DNA from: Takakia lepidozioides
Taxonomy: Eukaryota > Plantae > Bryophyta
NCBI GenBank assembly: GCA_030704615.1
Contig: CM060731.1
Location: forward strand, 82,522,001-82,586,000
DNA: 64,000 nt
Direction of reading: 5' to 3'
Part shown: one piece after another, positions 1 through 12,348 of the stretch
How positions within the stretch are numbered: the stretch's first letter is position 1
How the letters are laid out: the number at the start of each line of letters is the position of its first letter
The notes under the pieces: model-generated
What the model was told of the DNA's origin: nothing
Database searches by the model: none
Seen by the model: only the letters and a program-made list of their open reading frames with translations
Made by a program: the position numbers and the translations under genes

Positions 1-269
1 CAGGGACGTTGTTCGACAGGCATGTGTTCGCCTTCGAGCCAGATACTGCCCTCCACAACTCGGAACTTGCAGCGGCTGAACGTCTGCCGAAAGAGGAAGA
101 GGCATCCTCGGAGGATGAGGAAAAATCCGAGAAGGAGCAGGGGGAGGAAGTTGGGATCGAGGCCGAGGAGCCCCCGGTTTACGAGTGAGTGGTGGCATTG
201 TAAGTTGCCTCCAGATTTTGTGAGGCACCTCCCTCCGCTCTCTTATTTCATTGAAAACCCTTTCTGCTT

Positions 270-773
270 GTGCTGGTATTGACATTCTTGAAGTGGATTT
301 GTTCTTACTGTAGGATGCCAAGTACTGCCGGAGGGACGTCTACACCGGAGTTCATGGGCAGGAGGAACGTGCCTTTTTTTGCCAGGGGGGATTTCATGCC
401 AAGTCCAGAAAGGGAGTACATCCTTCCTACTTATGCTGCCCGGCTTGCTTCGGTGTCCATTAGGAGGTGTTCCGAACGTAGTCGTGTACAGCAGATTTTA
501 GACGAGGCAAGCCTCAAGAAAATGAAGATGAGGGAGGAGGCAGCAGCTATTAGAGCCCGTCGGGCTCGTAGATTTGTGTTGGATTCTGCTGAGGAAAGTG
601 GGGGAGAAGACGCAGAAGATTCCCAGGAGGTGAGGTGGACAGTCCCCCAAGGAGAGGACGGGATTTTTGAGAGGCATAGTGGAACTGATGCATCACAGAG
701 CTCGGAGGATGAGGGGGATGAGGGGGATGAGGAAGAAGGTGGGGCAAGTTCCTCGGAGGGTGTAGGAGAGTAG
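270..773 (+). CDS. Last exon(s) of an acidic protein of unknown function carried by a TIR DNA transposon; homologous to 32416-32790
   Basis: Y.LP.YAA.LA...IRR and EVRW.VPQGEDG.FE are shared with ORF 32416..32790(-). A GT..AG intron (~200-313) has a counterpart in that homologue. The ORF ends ~220 bp from the terminus at 995. Confidence 0.55.
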   Translation: MLVLTFLKWICSYCRMPSTAGGTSTPEFMGRRNVPFFARGDFMPSPEREYILPTYAARLASVSIRRCSERSRVQQILDEASLKKMKMREEAAAIRARRARRFVLDSAEESGGEDAEDSQEVRWTVPQGEDGIFERHSGTDASQSSEDEGDEGDEEEGGASSSEGVGE

Positions 774-884
774 TGCCCATTCCGGCTATGACAGTTAGAA
801 CACACTTGTATAGACGTGGCTTGCCACAAAATTTGCAATAAAATGTTGCATTTCAAGTCCACTGGTGCCACATTCCAACTTCAC

Positions 885-995
885 ATGACCCTATTTCCGT
901 GCCTCCTAACCCTATTTCCGTGGACTCACAATGGTCTGCTCATGCTTTTTTTTTTTCCGCTCATGCTCATGCCGCTCATGAAATAGCAGCCCCCC
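885..995 (-). repeat. Terminus (TIR-like) of a DNA transposon with CATGAGC sub-repeats
   Basis: The reverse complement begins GGGGG(G)CTGCTATTTCATGAGCGGCATGAGC and matches 30344 onward. It abruptly truncates the gypsy integrase that starts at 996. Confidence 0.7.
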
Positions 996-1877
996 TTAGC
1001 CATTTTGGTGCTCCAGCCGAGGTACTCATGGACCAGGGGAGAGAGTTCTTGGAGGAGTTTCAGGCTTTGTGAGAGCAAGCCTTGATAGATCACCGTACTA
1101 CTTCTCGGGATCATCCCGGGGCTGATGGCTTGGCGGAGAGAGTTGTTCAGACAGTCAAGAGAGGTTTGTACGGTTTGCAGAAGGGACACCTAGGAGATTG
1201 GGACCTTCAGCTACCTTGGCTAGCTATGGGCTATAGGTTCAGCAAACAAGCTTCACTTGCCTCATTCTCACCTTACTTTCTTCTCTTTGGCCAAGAGCCG
1301 GATTTGCCTGCATCTATTTGCAGGGAGGCTGCAATAGTTCTCAATCTTGATGATCCGGATGTGTCGACACAAGCATGTGCCCAGCGGGCAGAGTTGTTCA
1401 AGAGAGTCATGCCTATGGCTTTTGAGAACCTTGCTATTGCCCAGCACCAAGACACATTGAGGTACGCCACTATACGTGGATGGGGATATCGGCCAAGTGT
1501 TCGGCGTTTCCACCATGGGGACTATGTGTATCTGCAGCAGACAATGCCTACGACCTTGGATGTCACAGCAGGACGTGTGATTCTAAGGGTCAGGGAGGTG
1601 TTGCCTTCAGGAGTGTTGATTCTGGAGGGTCGAGATGGCATGGTATGGAAGGACCATGTGCGCAATTGTGCGCCATGTCACCTTCCACATGTGGATGGGA
1701 GGATAGATCCTAACCTGCAGTGGTACCTGCAGGGTTGCGTTGCATGCTGGTGGCGCCGCAACCATGTTGGTGTGTGACAAATGCTCAAGGGGGTGGCACA
1801 TGGGATGTTTGACACCGCCACTTGAGGAGGTTCCTATCGGAGAATGGTTGTGTCCACGATGCCTTGGACAGAGGTAG
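996..1877 (+). pseudogene. pol: Integrase C-terminal half plus PHD finger (frameshifted)
   Basis: DQGREF, HP.ADGLAERVVQTVK and SPYFLLFG motifs, then CDKCSRGWHMGCLTPPLEEVPIGEWLCPRC. Confidence 0.9.
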
Positions 1878-2126
1878 TGGGCATGACAATGGTGAGGCGG
1901 ACAAGTGATCCAAGGTCTAGCTAGTGGGGCTTCAATTCCATGGATACTCAACTGAAGATCATGGATTGCATGAAGGCGACTAACGATGGGGCTACGTTTG
2001 CACCCGGCCTCTTGATCTATTGACTTCAGGTGTTGGGACTTGTGCGATTGAAGACCAAACGATGATCTTGGATACTTGCAAGCTATCCGGTGTTAGAGGG
2101 ACCTAATCACCAGCTAGGGGGGCGAT

Positions 2127-2647
2127 TGTGGCGTGGCTTTCTAAGACTATATGCTAGGAAGTGTGGTTGGACAGCGATGTATGTTGTGGCACAATGCTTA
2201 GGTGCACGACAGCTGTCATGGTTTTGTTTGTGATTAGTTAGAAATAGTTATTTCTAGCTAATTAGGACATTGTACATTTATATTTGTATTTTGTTGGCAT
2301 TGGGACTTCATTTGGTTCCATGTGCCAAGTGAGGTGACGAACCTCACTTGGGACGTGGGGAGGTTATCTCCACGTGAGACGTAGGCAGGCTCGTCTTCTT
2401 CTAGTCGAGCCTCCCGAGGCCTCTCTCACCGCCATAGCTCTAGTACTTGAGATGGAGAGTGGGTGAGGTCTGTATGGTGGAGTCCTTTAGCAAAGGTGCC
2501 ATTGGCTTGATTTATATAACGTGATAGAGTGGTTTCTCCTCTTTTCACCATTTCCTTATCATTGTGGCGTGGCTTTCTAGGACTATATGCTATGAAGTGT
2601 GGTTGGACAACGATGTATGTTGTGGCACGATGCTTAGGTGCACGACA
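2127..2647 (+). repeat. Split terminal repeat of copy B: A(85 bp)-GC-B(348 bp)-T-A(85 bp)
   Basis: 2127-2211 and 2563-2647 are near-identical direct repeats (TGTGGCG...CACGACA). Junctions are GACAGCTGTC and TTATCATTGTGGC. Confidence 0.92.
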
Positions 2648-3668
2648 AATACTTGTCAGATAGCTGAATAGTAATTTCAACCCATAAAATGTTACCCTTT
2701 TTCTTCTATCAGTTTATTTAGAGTTTTTTTTTGGTTAGTGAAAACTAATAAAGCAACCCATTGAAGATGGCGCTCCAGAGAGACCCCCAACAGTCTCTTC
2801 GTCTCTCACGATTTCTCCTTCCTTCCTCCGTTTAACAGACTAGATCTTTAACTTCATGGTTATCACCTTATGTGAAACATTCTCCACGGCTATTCTCATA
2901 TGTTCGATGCTATTTTCTCATGATTGCATCATCCTTTCATGATTTATGTCTTTTCTGTGAACTCTTCATCCTTCACCCTTTAATCCCATTCTCGTGCAGG
3001 CGGCGCCCCTACCCACTCCTCTCCTAGGAATGACGGCTAATGAATAGTTTGGCCAGCTGGTTTGTCGCCACTCTTACCTCATGGTTTTCTGACATTTGTC
3101 CCCACTCTCTCCCTCTCTTTTCTTTCTCAGCTAAACTCTTTGCATACTCGTTCCTCGCCTCCTTGCGCTTTCGTTTTGCGTTCTCCTCTCATGTTTGCTG
3201 GTGTTTTGCTTTCAGTACGATCATTTCCTTTCCTCTGCATTATGGGTCATAGCGGATATGTCGGTCTTAGTTCGAAAAAGAGTGCAGGGATTCGTCATCC
3301 CTCCGCCCCTACGCAGACGCAACACATGAGCTTTGTTTCCTCATCGGGTACAGGGTTCTTTCTGGCTCATCAAGCGCTATCGAGGTATGCTGGAGGGGCT
3401 GAAGCAATGAGACACCCACCCCCCAGGCCTTCATCCTCTTATGTCGACACTCCATCCTCTCCCTTGCCCCTTCTTAAAATGCCGAGGCTAGATCCTGCAT
3501 TGTTTGGAGTCCCTCCCCCATCTCCACCAGCTGAAGACTACGTTGAGGAAACAACTACCAAACAGGTAGCTATGAACAAAGACTTCCCACTGGCAGACAT
3601 TAACCTTCCAAATCTCTACAAGAGGGTGGAAAAAATGGAGGAGCATGGTATTTTACTGCATTTTCCAT

Positions 3669-4007
3669 GTCAAGGGATTTAGCAGCATTGCAAAGGCTCT
3701 TACCAAGTTGACCAAGGTGGGTCAGGAGTGGCAATGGGAGGAGGAGCAGGAGGAAGCATTTGAGGAACTCAAGGCTCGATTGACTTCTACACCTATTCTG
3801 AGACGGCCTATTCGGGGACGGCCTTTCCAGCTACATACGGATTGGAGTATGCTGGGGATTGGAGCAGTGTTCACACAAGTGGATGATGAGGGAAGAGAGT
3901 TCGTAGTGGCATATGCTAGCTCCTCGAACAATGATGTCGAGGCGAAGTATAGTTCCTATGAAGGGGAGTGTCTAGCTGCGGTATGGGCAGTGGCACATTT
4001 CAGATGC
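3669..4007 (+). pseudogene. pol: Inverted RT-connection/RNase H fragment of the DNMT-gypsy family
   Basis: VKGFSSIAKALT...FQLHTDWS...YSSYEGECLAAVWAVAHFRC is nearly identical to element A and abuts the RT fragment on the opposite strand. Confidence 0.9.
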
Positions 4008-5430
4008 TAGTTTGCCAATCCCATGAAAGCACGAACTCTGCTCACATCCATGGGGCGTGGAATGCATGCAATGGCCTCTATCTTTGTCTGTTGAACACCC
4101 AATCCTCCAGGGTATATCATGTGGCCCAGATACTCAATTTGATTGTGGAAGAACTTGCACTTTCCGGGGTGCAGTTTCAACCCGTGCGCTCTCAAGCTCT
4201 CAAACACCACCTGAAGGTGTCTCTCATGCTCCTCAACCATAGCACTAAAGATGATGATGTCATCAATGTAGCACCGGGCGAAGTCTAGCCCGGCGAGAAT
4301 CCTATCCATGACCCTCTGAAACTCTGCAGGAGCATTCTTCAACCCAAACGGTAAGAACCGCCATTGGTACAAACAATCCTTCCCATGTTGGTCAATCCCC
4401 TTGAATGTCGTCTTTTGCTTGTCAGCCTCTTTGATTGGCAACTGGTGGTAACCGGATCGCAAGTCCAATGTGCTAAACACCTTTGCATGCCCAATGGCAT
4501 CAAAGATCTCCTCTGGAGTTGGCATGGCATATCTATCGGACTTAGTCTGACGGTTCACAAGGAGATAGTCCCCACACATCCTTCTTTCTGTCCAATTGCC
4601 ATAGATATCCTTCTTAGCTGGCATCACCGTTGCCGAGGCATACTCCCCACCTGACAACTCCACCAATCCAGCTTTGAACAACTCCATAGTCCGTGACTGG
4701 ATCAATGACCTTTCCATGTCACTATACCGGTAGGGCCTTCGAAAGATTGGCGTGTCACTTGCCAAATCAATACAAATCTCTTGACCCTTCAAACTCCCCA
4801 AATCCTTCAATCCGAAGGCAAAACAATTTCTATAAGCCCTTAGAAATCGCCGAATCCTCCGTCTCTCTCCTCCAGTGACTGTAGGTCCAACATCTGGTTC
4901 CCAATTGTCCTCAGTGACTGCAACCTTGGGTACACCGGGCTTGGAGGTAGGAGACGCATCCTTTGGTTGCTAGATAGCAACCTCTTGGGCCTTGTCCGCC
5001 CATCCTGACTGTGGCGTAGCCTCCACTTGCTCCGCCATAGCCACCTTGAGAACATCCTCTGGGGAGGAAACATCTTCAACCTCTTCAAAAACCTTAGCCA
5101 CCTTGGCCTCCAACTGATCCTCAGTGTATGGCTCTCCCCACTCCTCATACTACTGCTCGGGAGATCCAATGACTCTCTCCTTGCGCATCTCATCCCACAT
5201 CTGCCATGGGTGTTTGCACCCCATGATCCTGTGCTCGCCCCCACCCTCCACTGTCCCGGTTGGCAGAGAGGGTGCAATATCCAATGGGAGAGCGAAAATA
5301 GCCACCAATGCTTGCAATCTCCGTTGCTCAGCCATACACAAGCCAATGACCCATGTCAAGCAATTGAGATCCATTGCCTGACCCAACACCTGGCGTCGTG
5401 ATGCCTCTGACAGAGCTGGCACAGCTGTAG
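4008..5430 (-). pseudogene. pol: DNMT C-terminus, linker with in-frame TAG, and RT of the DNMT-gypsy family
   Basis: ORF 5150..5422 carries RRQVLGQAMDLN (DNMT motif X region). TAG-CAA-CCA lies at 4972-4964. ORF 4007..4810 is RT (LPFGLKNAP, YIDD). Confidence 0.92.
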
Positions 5431-7329
5431 TGGGTCAAAGCATGTTCAGGTGTCTCATTTGAGGAACTATTTCAAGGACAACAGCCCTATGTTTGACTAT
5501 CATTAGGGTCATGGGATTATTTTGCGCTTATTTTGCTAGTTTTTTGAAATACGTGTCCATCTGATAATAATGTGGGGTCATGGACATATCGCATACTGCC
5601 ACGTCTACAAATGTCTCCATCATGCAGCCCAAATTTTGGTGCATTGCATGAGGTAGCGGCAATTTTTTCGCGATCCACTGCTACACGACAAAGACAGTGT
5701 GCAATTTTGAAACTGTACTACGCGCATCTTGGCAATAATGTCTTTCTCTCTACTGTGACGACTCCTGTATGGAGTGTGAAACCAGTCAAGTCTCGAGCGC
5801 ATTCTCACGCTCCTTTCTTCACGACAAAGTACTTGAACGTTGTTGTTGTTTCGCTTACAGTTGTTGCATTGGAAAGCATCTGCACACCCCGGTGCATTTT
5901 TGGCTCCAGCACTCTCAACTGTCCATGGTTTGTCTCTCGAGCAGATGTGTGGTGTCTTGATCGCATTCTCACCCGGACCTGGTGTTTACCCCATGCAAAA
6001 AGAGGAATTCAACATGGTTGGCATTTAGGGTTCCATAGAGTCCCTGCATTGTAACTTCTACTTTGGAAATCTTCAGTGCTAATTTTGAGGCTTCACTGTC
6101 AACTCCGCAATCCAGAGGTGGTGTTTGAAACATCTCCACATTGGTCGTACTGAGCGAGCGAAAAGTGAAGTATTCTAACCTACGTATCCCTACACAAGAG
6201 TGGTGGAGACGTTCTCAGTTGTCATGACTGTTTAATGTCCAACCTAGAATGTCAAGAGGTGCGCACTCCATTAGTGAATGGATATTTGCATACTTCTATT
6301 CATTACATAGTGGGTGTGTTTCTCCACCGCAATGTGGATAATCGCAACCACATGCAATACATGTCATTTTGTCTGAGCCCTGAATCTATTATTCATAATC
6401 TATCATAGGGAGGTATGTGAATTGACCCAATTCCCTTCTTCGTGTAACTAAAATGTGTTGCCTACATGCAGGAATCTGCGAGCGATCTTGCATGAAATGA
6501 AAGCAGTGGAACCTAAGATGGAGAAAATTACGGTTCGGTGGGCAGATTCGCTAAGTCAAACACCTATTGTGGATTTTCCTTGCGACAGAGCCATCTGCCT
6601 TGCACCATCTCTATGCGTAACCTATTCCCTACCCGAGACTATCAGGGTCTACAGTTGTCCCAAGCTTTTAGTAATTTGAGTGTCAGCACCCCTTGTTCAA
6701 GTCCCTACTTTGTGCCATCCATGTCCCATTTACTCATTTTGAATGGGAACCCCTTCCGTGGTATTGCATTGATAGCCTCTTGTGGGAGACCTCATTGTGT
6801 TTAAAGTTCCACACATCACTCATCCTTGGGGAGTTAATGTAGTTGAGATGACCCCAGAGATGATGGATGGGACGTTCATGGATTATACTTTGTGCTTGCA
6901 ACAGACGTCATCTCAACTGACCACCTATATTTGCATTGGTGGATGGTGGATTCTTAGTGAGGAATCACATGTCGACATTGTCGAGGTGACTTAGTGCTTT
7001 GAATCGTTTGCACTGTGTTTAGGGTTATCCAGAATTGACAGATTTATTGACGTAGCACCCTGTCATTTTGCTCCCACATTGAGTGCCATGATTACAAAAG
7101 ATTTTCTAATACATATGGTCAATTTTTGTTTGTTGTGCAGGCCCTCAGTTCCTCTGATGTCATCATATGAGCCTGTCTGCCATAGGATTTAGGCGAATCT
7201 CCTGTTTTGTGTAGTCTTTGTGTGGTTGCATGTTGAGGGTATACATTCCCATGAATTTGTAGGTTTCCATTTGTTAGAGCCCTATCTGCAGGTTTTTACT
7301 TAGGGTGATTTTTGTTGCCGCATAGCAGA

Positions 7330-10300
7330 ATAGCAAACAAAAAGAATAGTAGGGGAAGATCAAATTACCTTGGCCAAAACACCAGAGAGAACTTAGCAGC
7401 CCAAGCCTCTGTTGAAAAACAAAGAAAAGCTAGGAATGCATAGCGGATTAGGGAGTGGAGGATACAGAAAAGGACAGGTCCTGTAGTGTCAAGTCTGGAG
7501 TCATGTCTGCAAATCCCTAAAGTCACAGAGAGGTACGAAAGGAAGCTTGCTGCAAATATTGTGAGAAGTCTACATCAGTTTGAGCGGGTGCGTGATGAGG
7601 GTTGTGCGAGGCACGTGGTTGCTAGAGCCTTGTGTCATCCTAAGTTTAAACAAGTATTGCCAGATGATGTCAGAAACCGTAAGGAAGTGGATATGAACAA
7701 AACTTTAATGACTAACCTGAATGTTGCAATGCAACATGTTAAGAATGTCAGTCGGAAGGATAACCTAGCAGCCCGTAATAGCGTGCTTGCTATGGTTGCT
7801 GGTGTCAACATTCGGTGCAAATCTGCTGCTGCAAAAGTATTAGGCGTGCATCCCCAAAACGTGGGAAAAGCTATTGTCCAGACGTCGAATCATCGACGAG
7901 TATGGTTCGGCATTGTGGCCAGATGCACGCAGGGCTCAACGATGTGACAGTATTAGTTCTGAAATTCAAAACATTGTGGTGGATTGGTGGACAGTTAAGA
8001 CCCGCGTATCTCCAAACAAGAAGGATGTAACACGACAACGCATTGGGCCCAAAGTTTATACAACTCATGCCACTCACTGGCTTATGGAGACTCAGGTATT
8101 GTGGCTCATCCTGACCTTATATACATCAACACTTTTTCAGTTCTAGTTTTCACAGAAGAGAAAATGAGACTGAAGTGCTGCATCTCATGACTGAAATTTG
8201 TTAAGAGGCCTTTCAAATATGATTCACTGTTTTCTTTGGTAATATTCTCTGCTCATTTACTACATTTGTGTCGATATACAGGACATGACAGTGAGAGTGC
8301 ATGGACTATACCTTAGTCATAGTTCAATCACTTTGTATTGAATTGCATGGATTCCTAGGCCCTATTGCTATGATGCCCCACCCTCTTTTTTGCAATTGTC
8401 ATTGCCATGAGTCCATTTACTATACTGTTAGATTAGTCACATATGTTGTTAGTATGTATGGTATCTTGTATGAAGCAGCGATATAAATCCTCATGAGGCT
8501 GTTTATGTAGTCAAACTTCACATTGAAAGTGTGTTGTAGATCCTTTTGAGGATATGAAGAGGTATGTCCACAACCTGCTCGTTGCCTCTATCTTGCCTTA
8601 ACCTCCTTTGTGCTCAGTTTATTAGTGGAAGAGTTGCAATGTACTGGTTTTGGAGCAGGAGTGCTGATTACATGTAAACTGTCAGTGGATGTTTGGTTGT
8701 CCAGTCTAAATGCATGACTTGCACATTGATTTATGCTTTCGTGCATGTTTAGTCCTTGAAGTATTCAAGTCATTTTGGACAGTGATGTCAATTTCCATGT
8801 TTCATTAATGTTTGACAATCCTTTTGCCATACTTTGGTCCTTTGACTGCTGAGACCTTTCACGTATGCTTTTGATTTGTTTAGTCCTTTGTTTGTTGAGT
8901 CATTCAATTGTAATATTCTTTACTTATTTAGTAATTCATGAGTCATGTAGTTCCTGAGATGTTGAGGTCCTGCAAGCATAGTCATTGGTCTACTATTATC
9001 CTTCCAATCCATATTCTTAATTGTGTCATTGTCCTGTAACACAATACCTTCCTTTCAATAATGCATCCTAAGGTCACTTCACAGTCATTTTCTTAGTGCT
9101 TAACATACCCTTCTGTCATGTCCTTCTCTTTAAGTCCTTCAGATGCTTTCATTGTCTCAGTCAAGTCCTAGTCAAGGACATTCGTCATTCCATCAGATCT
9201 GTACTCTTTACTAGACTCACTACTGTCAACATCCCTACCATCGTACTTTGTCTTCATTTCAGTCTGAGAGGTTGCTTTTGAGAGCTCACGCAGAGCATCA
9301 TGCAACCCCTGATGTTGGCTTAATCATTTCTTTATTTTCATTGTTGTCTCTGTGTGTTGGAGGAGACTTGTCATGTTTTTGTATTTTGCCCTACAGACAA
9401 ACATTTCCCTTCACAGCATCCATCTTGAATGTCCTTACGGTCTTGTCAGTACAGTTTCCCCATTGGTCTGTGCTATACTGGTAATGTTGTTGCGCTTACA
9501 ATTTGTACCCGGCCTTCTTTGTGGGTTTTCTGACATGGTGCAACTGCTGGTTGGCAGACTGAGTTCTTTTTGCGATTTCAGCAGAAAAACCCTACAGTGA
9601 ATATCCGGCAGCGGGTGTTTGAGAGATTGAGACCCTACTTTGTGAAAAGATTGAAGGACAAAAATGTATGTTGTTGCAAGGCTCACGTTGAAATGGACGA
9701 GCTTAAGGTCGGCTACAACAACATGAGAACCGCAACCAAAGGTGTGCACGATACGACTTGTGCATGTGTTTGTAAGGTTGTGTGCCATCGCTCACAAGGA
9801 GCTTGCAATGCCTTGTCTTTCCAATTCCAAGGTGTGACCTCCATGTGGGAATCAGTTGTTTGCCCTAAGAGGGATTCAGATGAGTGGCACAAAAAGAAGT
9901 GTTTGAGAGGTGAGTGTGACCTATGTGGAGTCCAAAAATTGAGGGTCTGTCCAAAGGAGTTAGATGATAGGGAGGGTACCATGGTTGAGTGGAGGTGTTT
10001 TGGGAAGGAGCTCTCAGGAAAGACCAAGGAGGGTGAGCCTCGGTATGCACTGAGACTGTTCTGGAAAAGAACCAACCCATCTGAACTTTTGGCATACCTA
10101 AGGCCAAAGCTCAAGAGCTTCATCAAGCACAACTTCACTGCCCGTTGGCAAGACCAGCAATTCAAGGATTGCCTGAAGAACTTGCCAGATGGAGCAATTC
10201 TTTCAATTGTCGACTTCGCTGAAAATTACTCTTTCCATGATCAAAATGAGGTGCAATCGCAACACTGATTCAGTTTTCAGATTGCCATCTTTGTACACAT

Positions 10301-10711
10301 CACGTACCGGAAAAATCCCCTAGCAGACCCTGAAGAACCAAGCACTCGCCTCATCAAAGAGATTCACTACTACGTGTCCGATGATGGAACCCATGACACC
10401 CTCTTTGTCCAGCACTGCTTCAATCTACACTACAATCACTTGCTTGAGATTGGTGGGACAACACATTGTATGGTCTGATGGCTGTGCAGCCCAGTTCAAA
10501 GGAGCTAGGTGTTGGTATTATGCCGCTAGATACGCTGTGATGACCAGAAAACCTATGATGTGGAATTTTTTTGGGTCTGGCCATGGAAAGGGAGAGCATG
10601 ATGGAGCTGGTGCCGTGGTGAAGCGCCAGCTCCGTGCCGAACAGCTTGTCCCACATGATGTGAAACTTCAGAATGCTACCGATGCTGTTACATTCCTAAG
10701 GATGAGGTTGG
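7330..10711 (+). pseudogene. Sola2-like DDE/D transposase, intron-containing, degraded and truncated by gypsy D1
   Basis: Cys-rich region, then VDFAENY, WSDGCAAQFK and FFGSGHGKGEHDGAGAVVKR. A GT-AG intron at 8096-9557 joins METQ|TEFFLRF in frame. Superfamily assigned from remembered motifs only. Confidence 0.7.
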
Positions 10712-12348
10712 TGTTAGAGGGCTGTTTGGGACTTAGACGCTTTTACGGGTTTTGTGGGGTACCATTAATTTTGCGCAGACTTACAGATGGTAGACTTAGG
10801 CCACACAGGTTTAGGGGTGGTAGACAGGCTCACACAGTCAAGTCATGAGTTATCACAGCCCGACACAACCTGTCACAGTCTATCACAGCTTATCACATCC
10901 CGACACAGCTTTGCACAGCCAGTCACAGCCCAACACAGCCCAACGCAGCTTTACACAGCCAGTCACAGCTCGGCACAGTCACAGCCCAACACAGTTTGGC
11001 ACAGCCTGTCACAGCGCACGGAGGGAACGATTATTGTTAGCAGGGAACTACTGTGTGGGAACGACATCTGCAGAAGGAACGTATTACTTCAGGGGTGATA
11101 GTTAGTTAGTTAGGCGGTTGGAACAGCTTGTAGGTAGATTAGGTAGAGCAGCACCAGGGAGGGGATCACTTCACGGGGAGCACTTCTTGGTCATGCATGA
11201 GTGGAGATCAGCCGGAGAGCAAGAACGGGAGCAATGATGGAGAGCACCGTGAAGGAGAAAACATGAACAATAGATGCTTGTTACATGCAAAGCTGTATTG
11301 ATACAATAGGGCAAATTGGAGACACCAATGCATTGGCTTGATACCCGATAAATCATAATCGGATACTTATTCGATACAATAACACTGTGTAGAGAGACAT
11401 GAGTGAAGCTGTGGAATGAATGGATGAGTGAATGGAACCTGGTAGATACTGAAGCAAACTGATGCTTCAGTATACACAGTAAGGTAAATTGCTAACATGA
11501 AGGCAAGAAGAAATACAAATAGGAAGCACAACCATGATTCACTAGCTGTAGGTCATGACTGATTGTTCTGAGCAGGCTGAGTGCTTGGAGATATCCAACT
11601 ATTCTATCTTGGAGTTTCCACCTCGGATAGCAAAGGGATGGGTGAGTAAAAGCCGCTCGACATTTGGCGACCATACTGGGGAACTGGGTCAAGAACAACC
11701 AGATGTGACACGCATCTGGTGGGATCATGGTGGTTGGAGAATTAAAGAATTTGATATGAATCAAATTCCCTGTGGAACTGAGAAAGAAAGGTTGTCCAAG
11801 CAATTCTTTCAGAGATTCTTGGAACTGCTAGACGGTTGCAAAGAAAACATTCTTAAGAGAGTGCATGATGCAGATCCTGAGTAGGGTCTGGAGAAAGGAG
11901 TGATAAAGATTTATCAAGGGGCCTATAGAGGGAGAGCAAGTTGGTTACCAACGTTGGTTTATGTGATAGCGTTGCTATCCATAAAATGAGTGGAGTTAGA
12001 AGGCTGGGAGGAACGGAAAGTGAATGTTTACACTCATATGCATGAAGAGTTGGTACTGGTAAAGAATTAGATTCCTAAGGATATCATGTGGATCAAACTG
12101 ACACCAAGAACAGCTTTTCAGACATGCTTGCCATATGGATATATGGTAACGGAGACCTCTAGTATAGCCAAGGATGCATTGAAGCTTGAAAGAAATCCGG
12201 GCATATACGAGAGATACTACAGGAGAGAGTTTGGTTTATTGCCTCATTAAAGATATGAAAGACATGGGACATGAGTGATGAAAGAGAAGCTAGACTCCAG
12301 AGATATTCAGCAAAAAGAGAGAGTTATCTGAAAGCTAATTATCCATAT
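10712..12348 (+). mobile_element. Ty3/gypsy family D, copy D1: 5' LTR (10712-11662), PBS, decayed extra ORF1 and start of gag, interrupted by D2
   Basis: TG...CA LTR similar to D2 and D3, PBS TGGCGACCATACTGGG, and gag start MSDEREARLQRY cut at 12348. Confidence 0.88.

Larger units (their letters stand above)
996..2647 (+). mobile_element. 3' part of a Ty3/gypsy element related to element A (copy B): integrase C-half, PHD finger, PPT and A-B-A split terminal repeat
   Basis: ORF 1082..1777 closely matches integrase 39616..41475. A frameshifted PHD lies at ~1742-1863. PPT AGCTAGGGGGGCGA is followed by A 2127-2211, GC, B 2214-2561, T, A 2563-2647. Confidence 0.92.

Noticed and set aside
3062-3668. 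Pro-rich ORF as a LINE ORF1 or host gene start
   Set aside because: No diagnostic motif, and truncated by the RNase H fragment.
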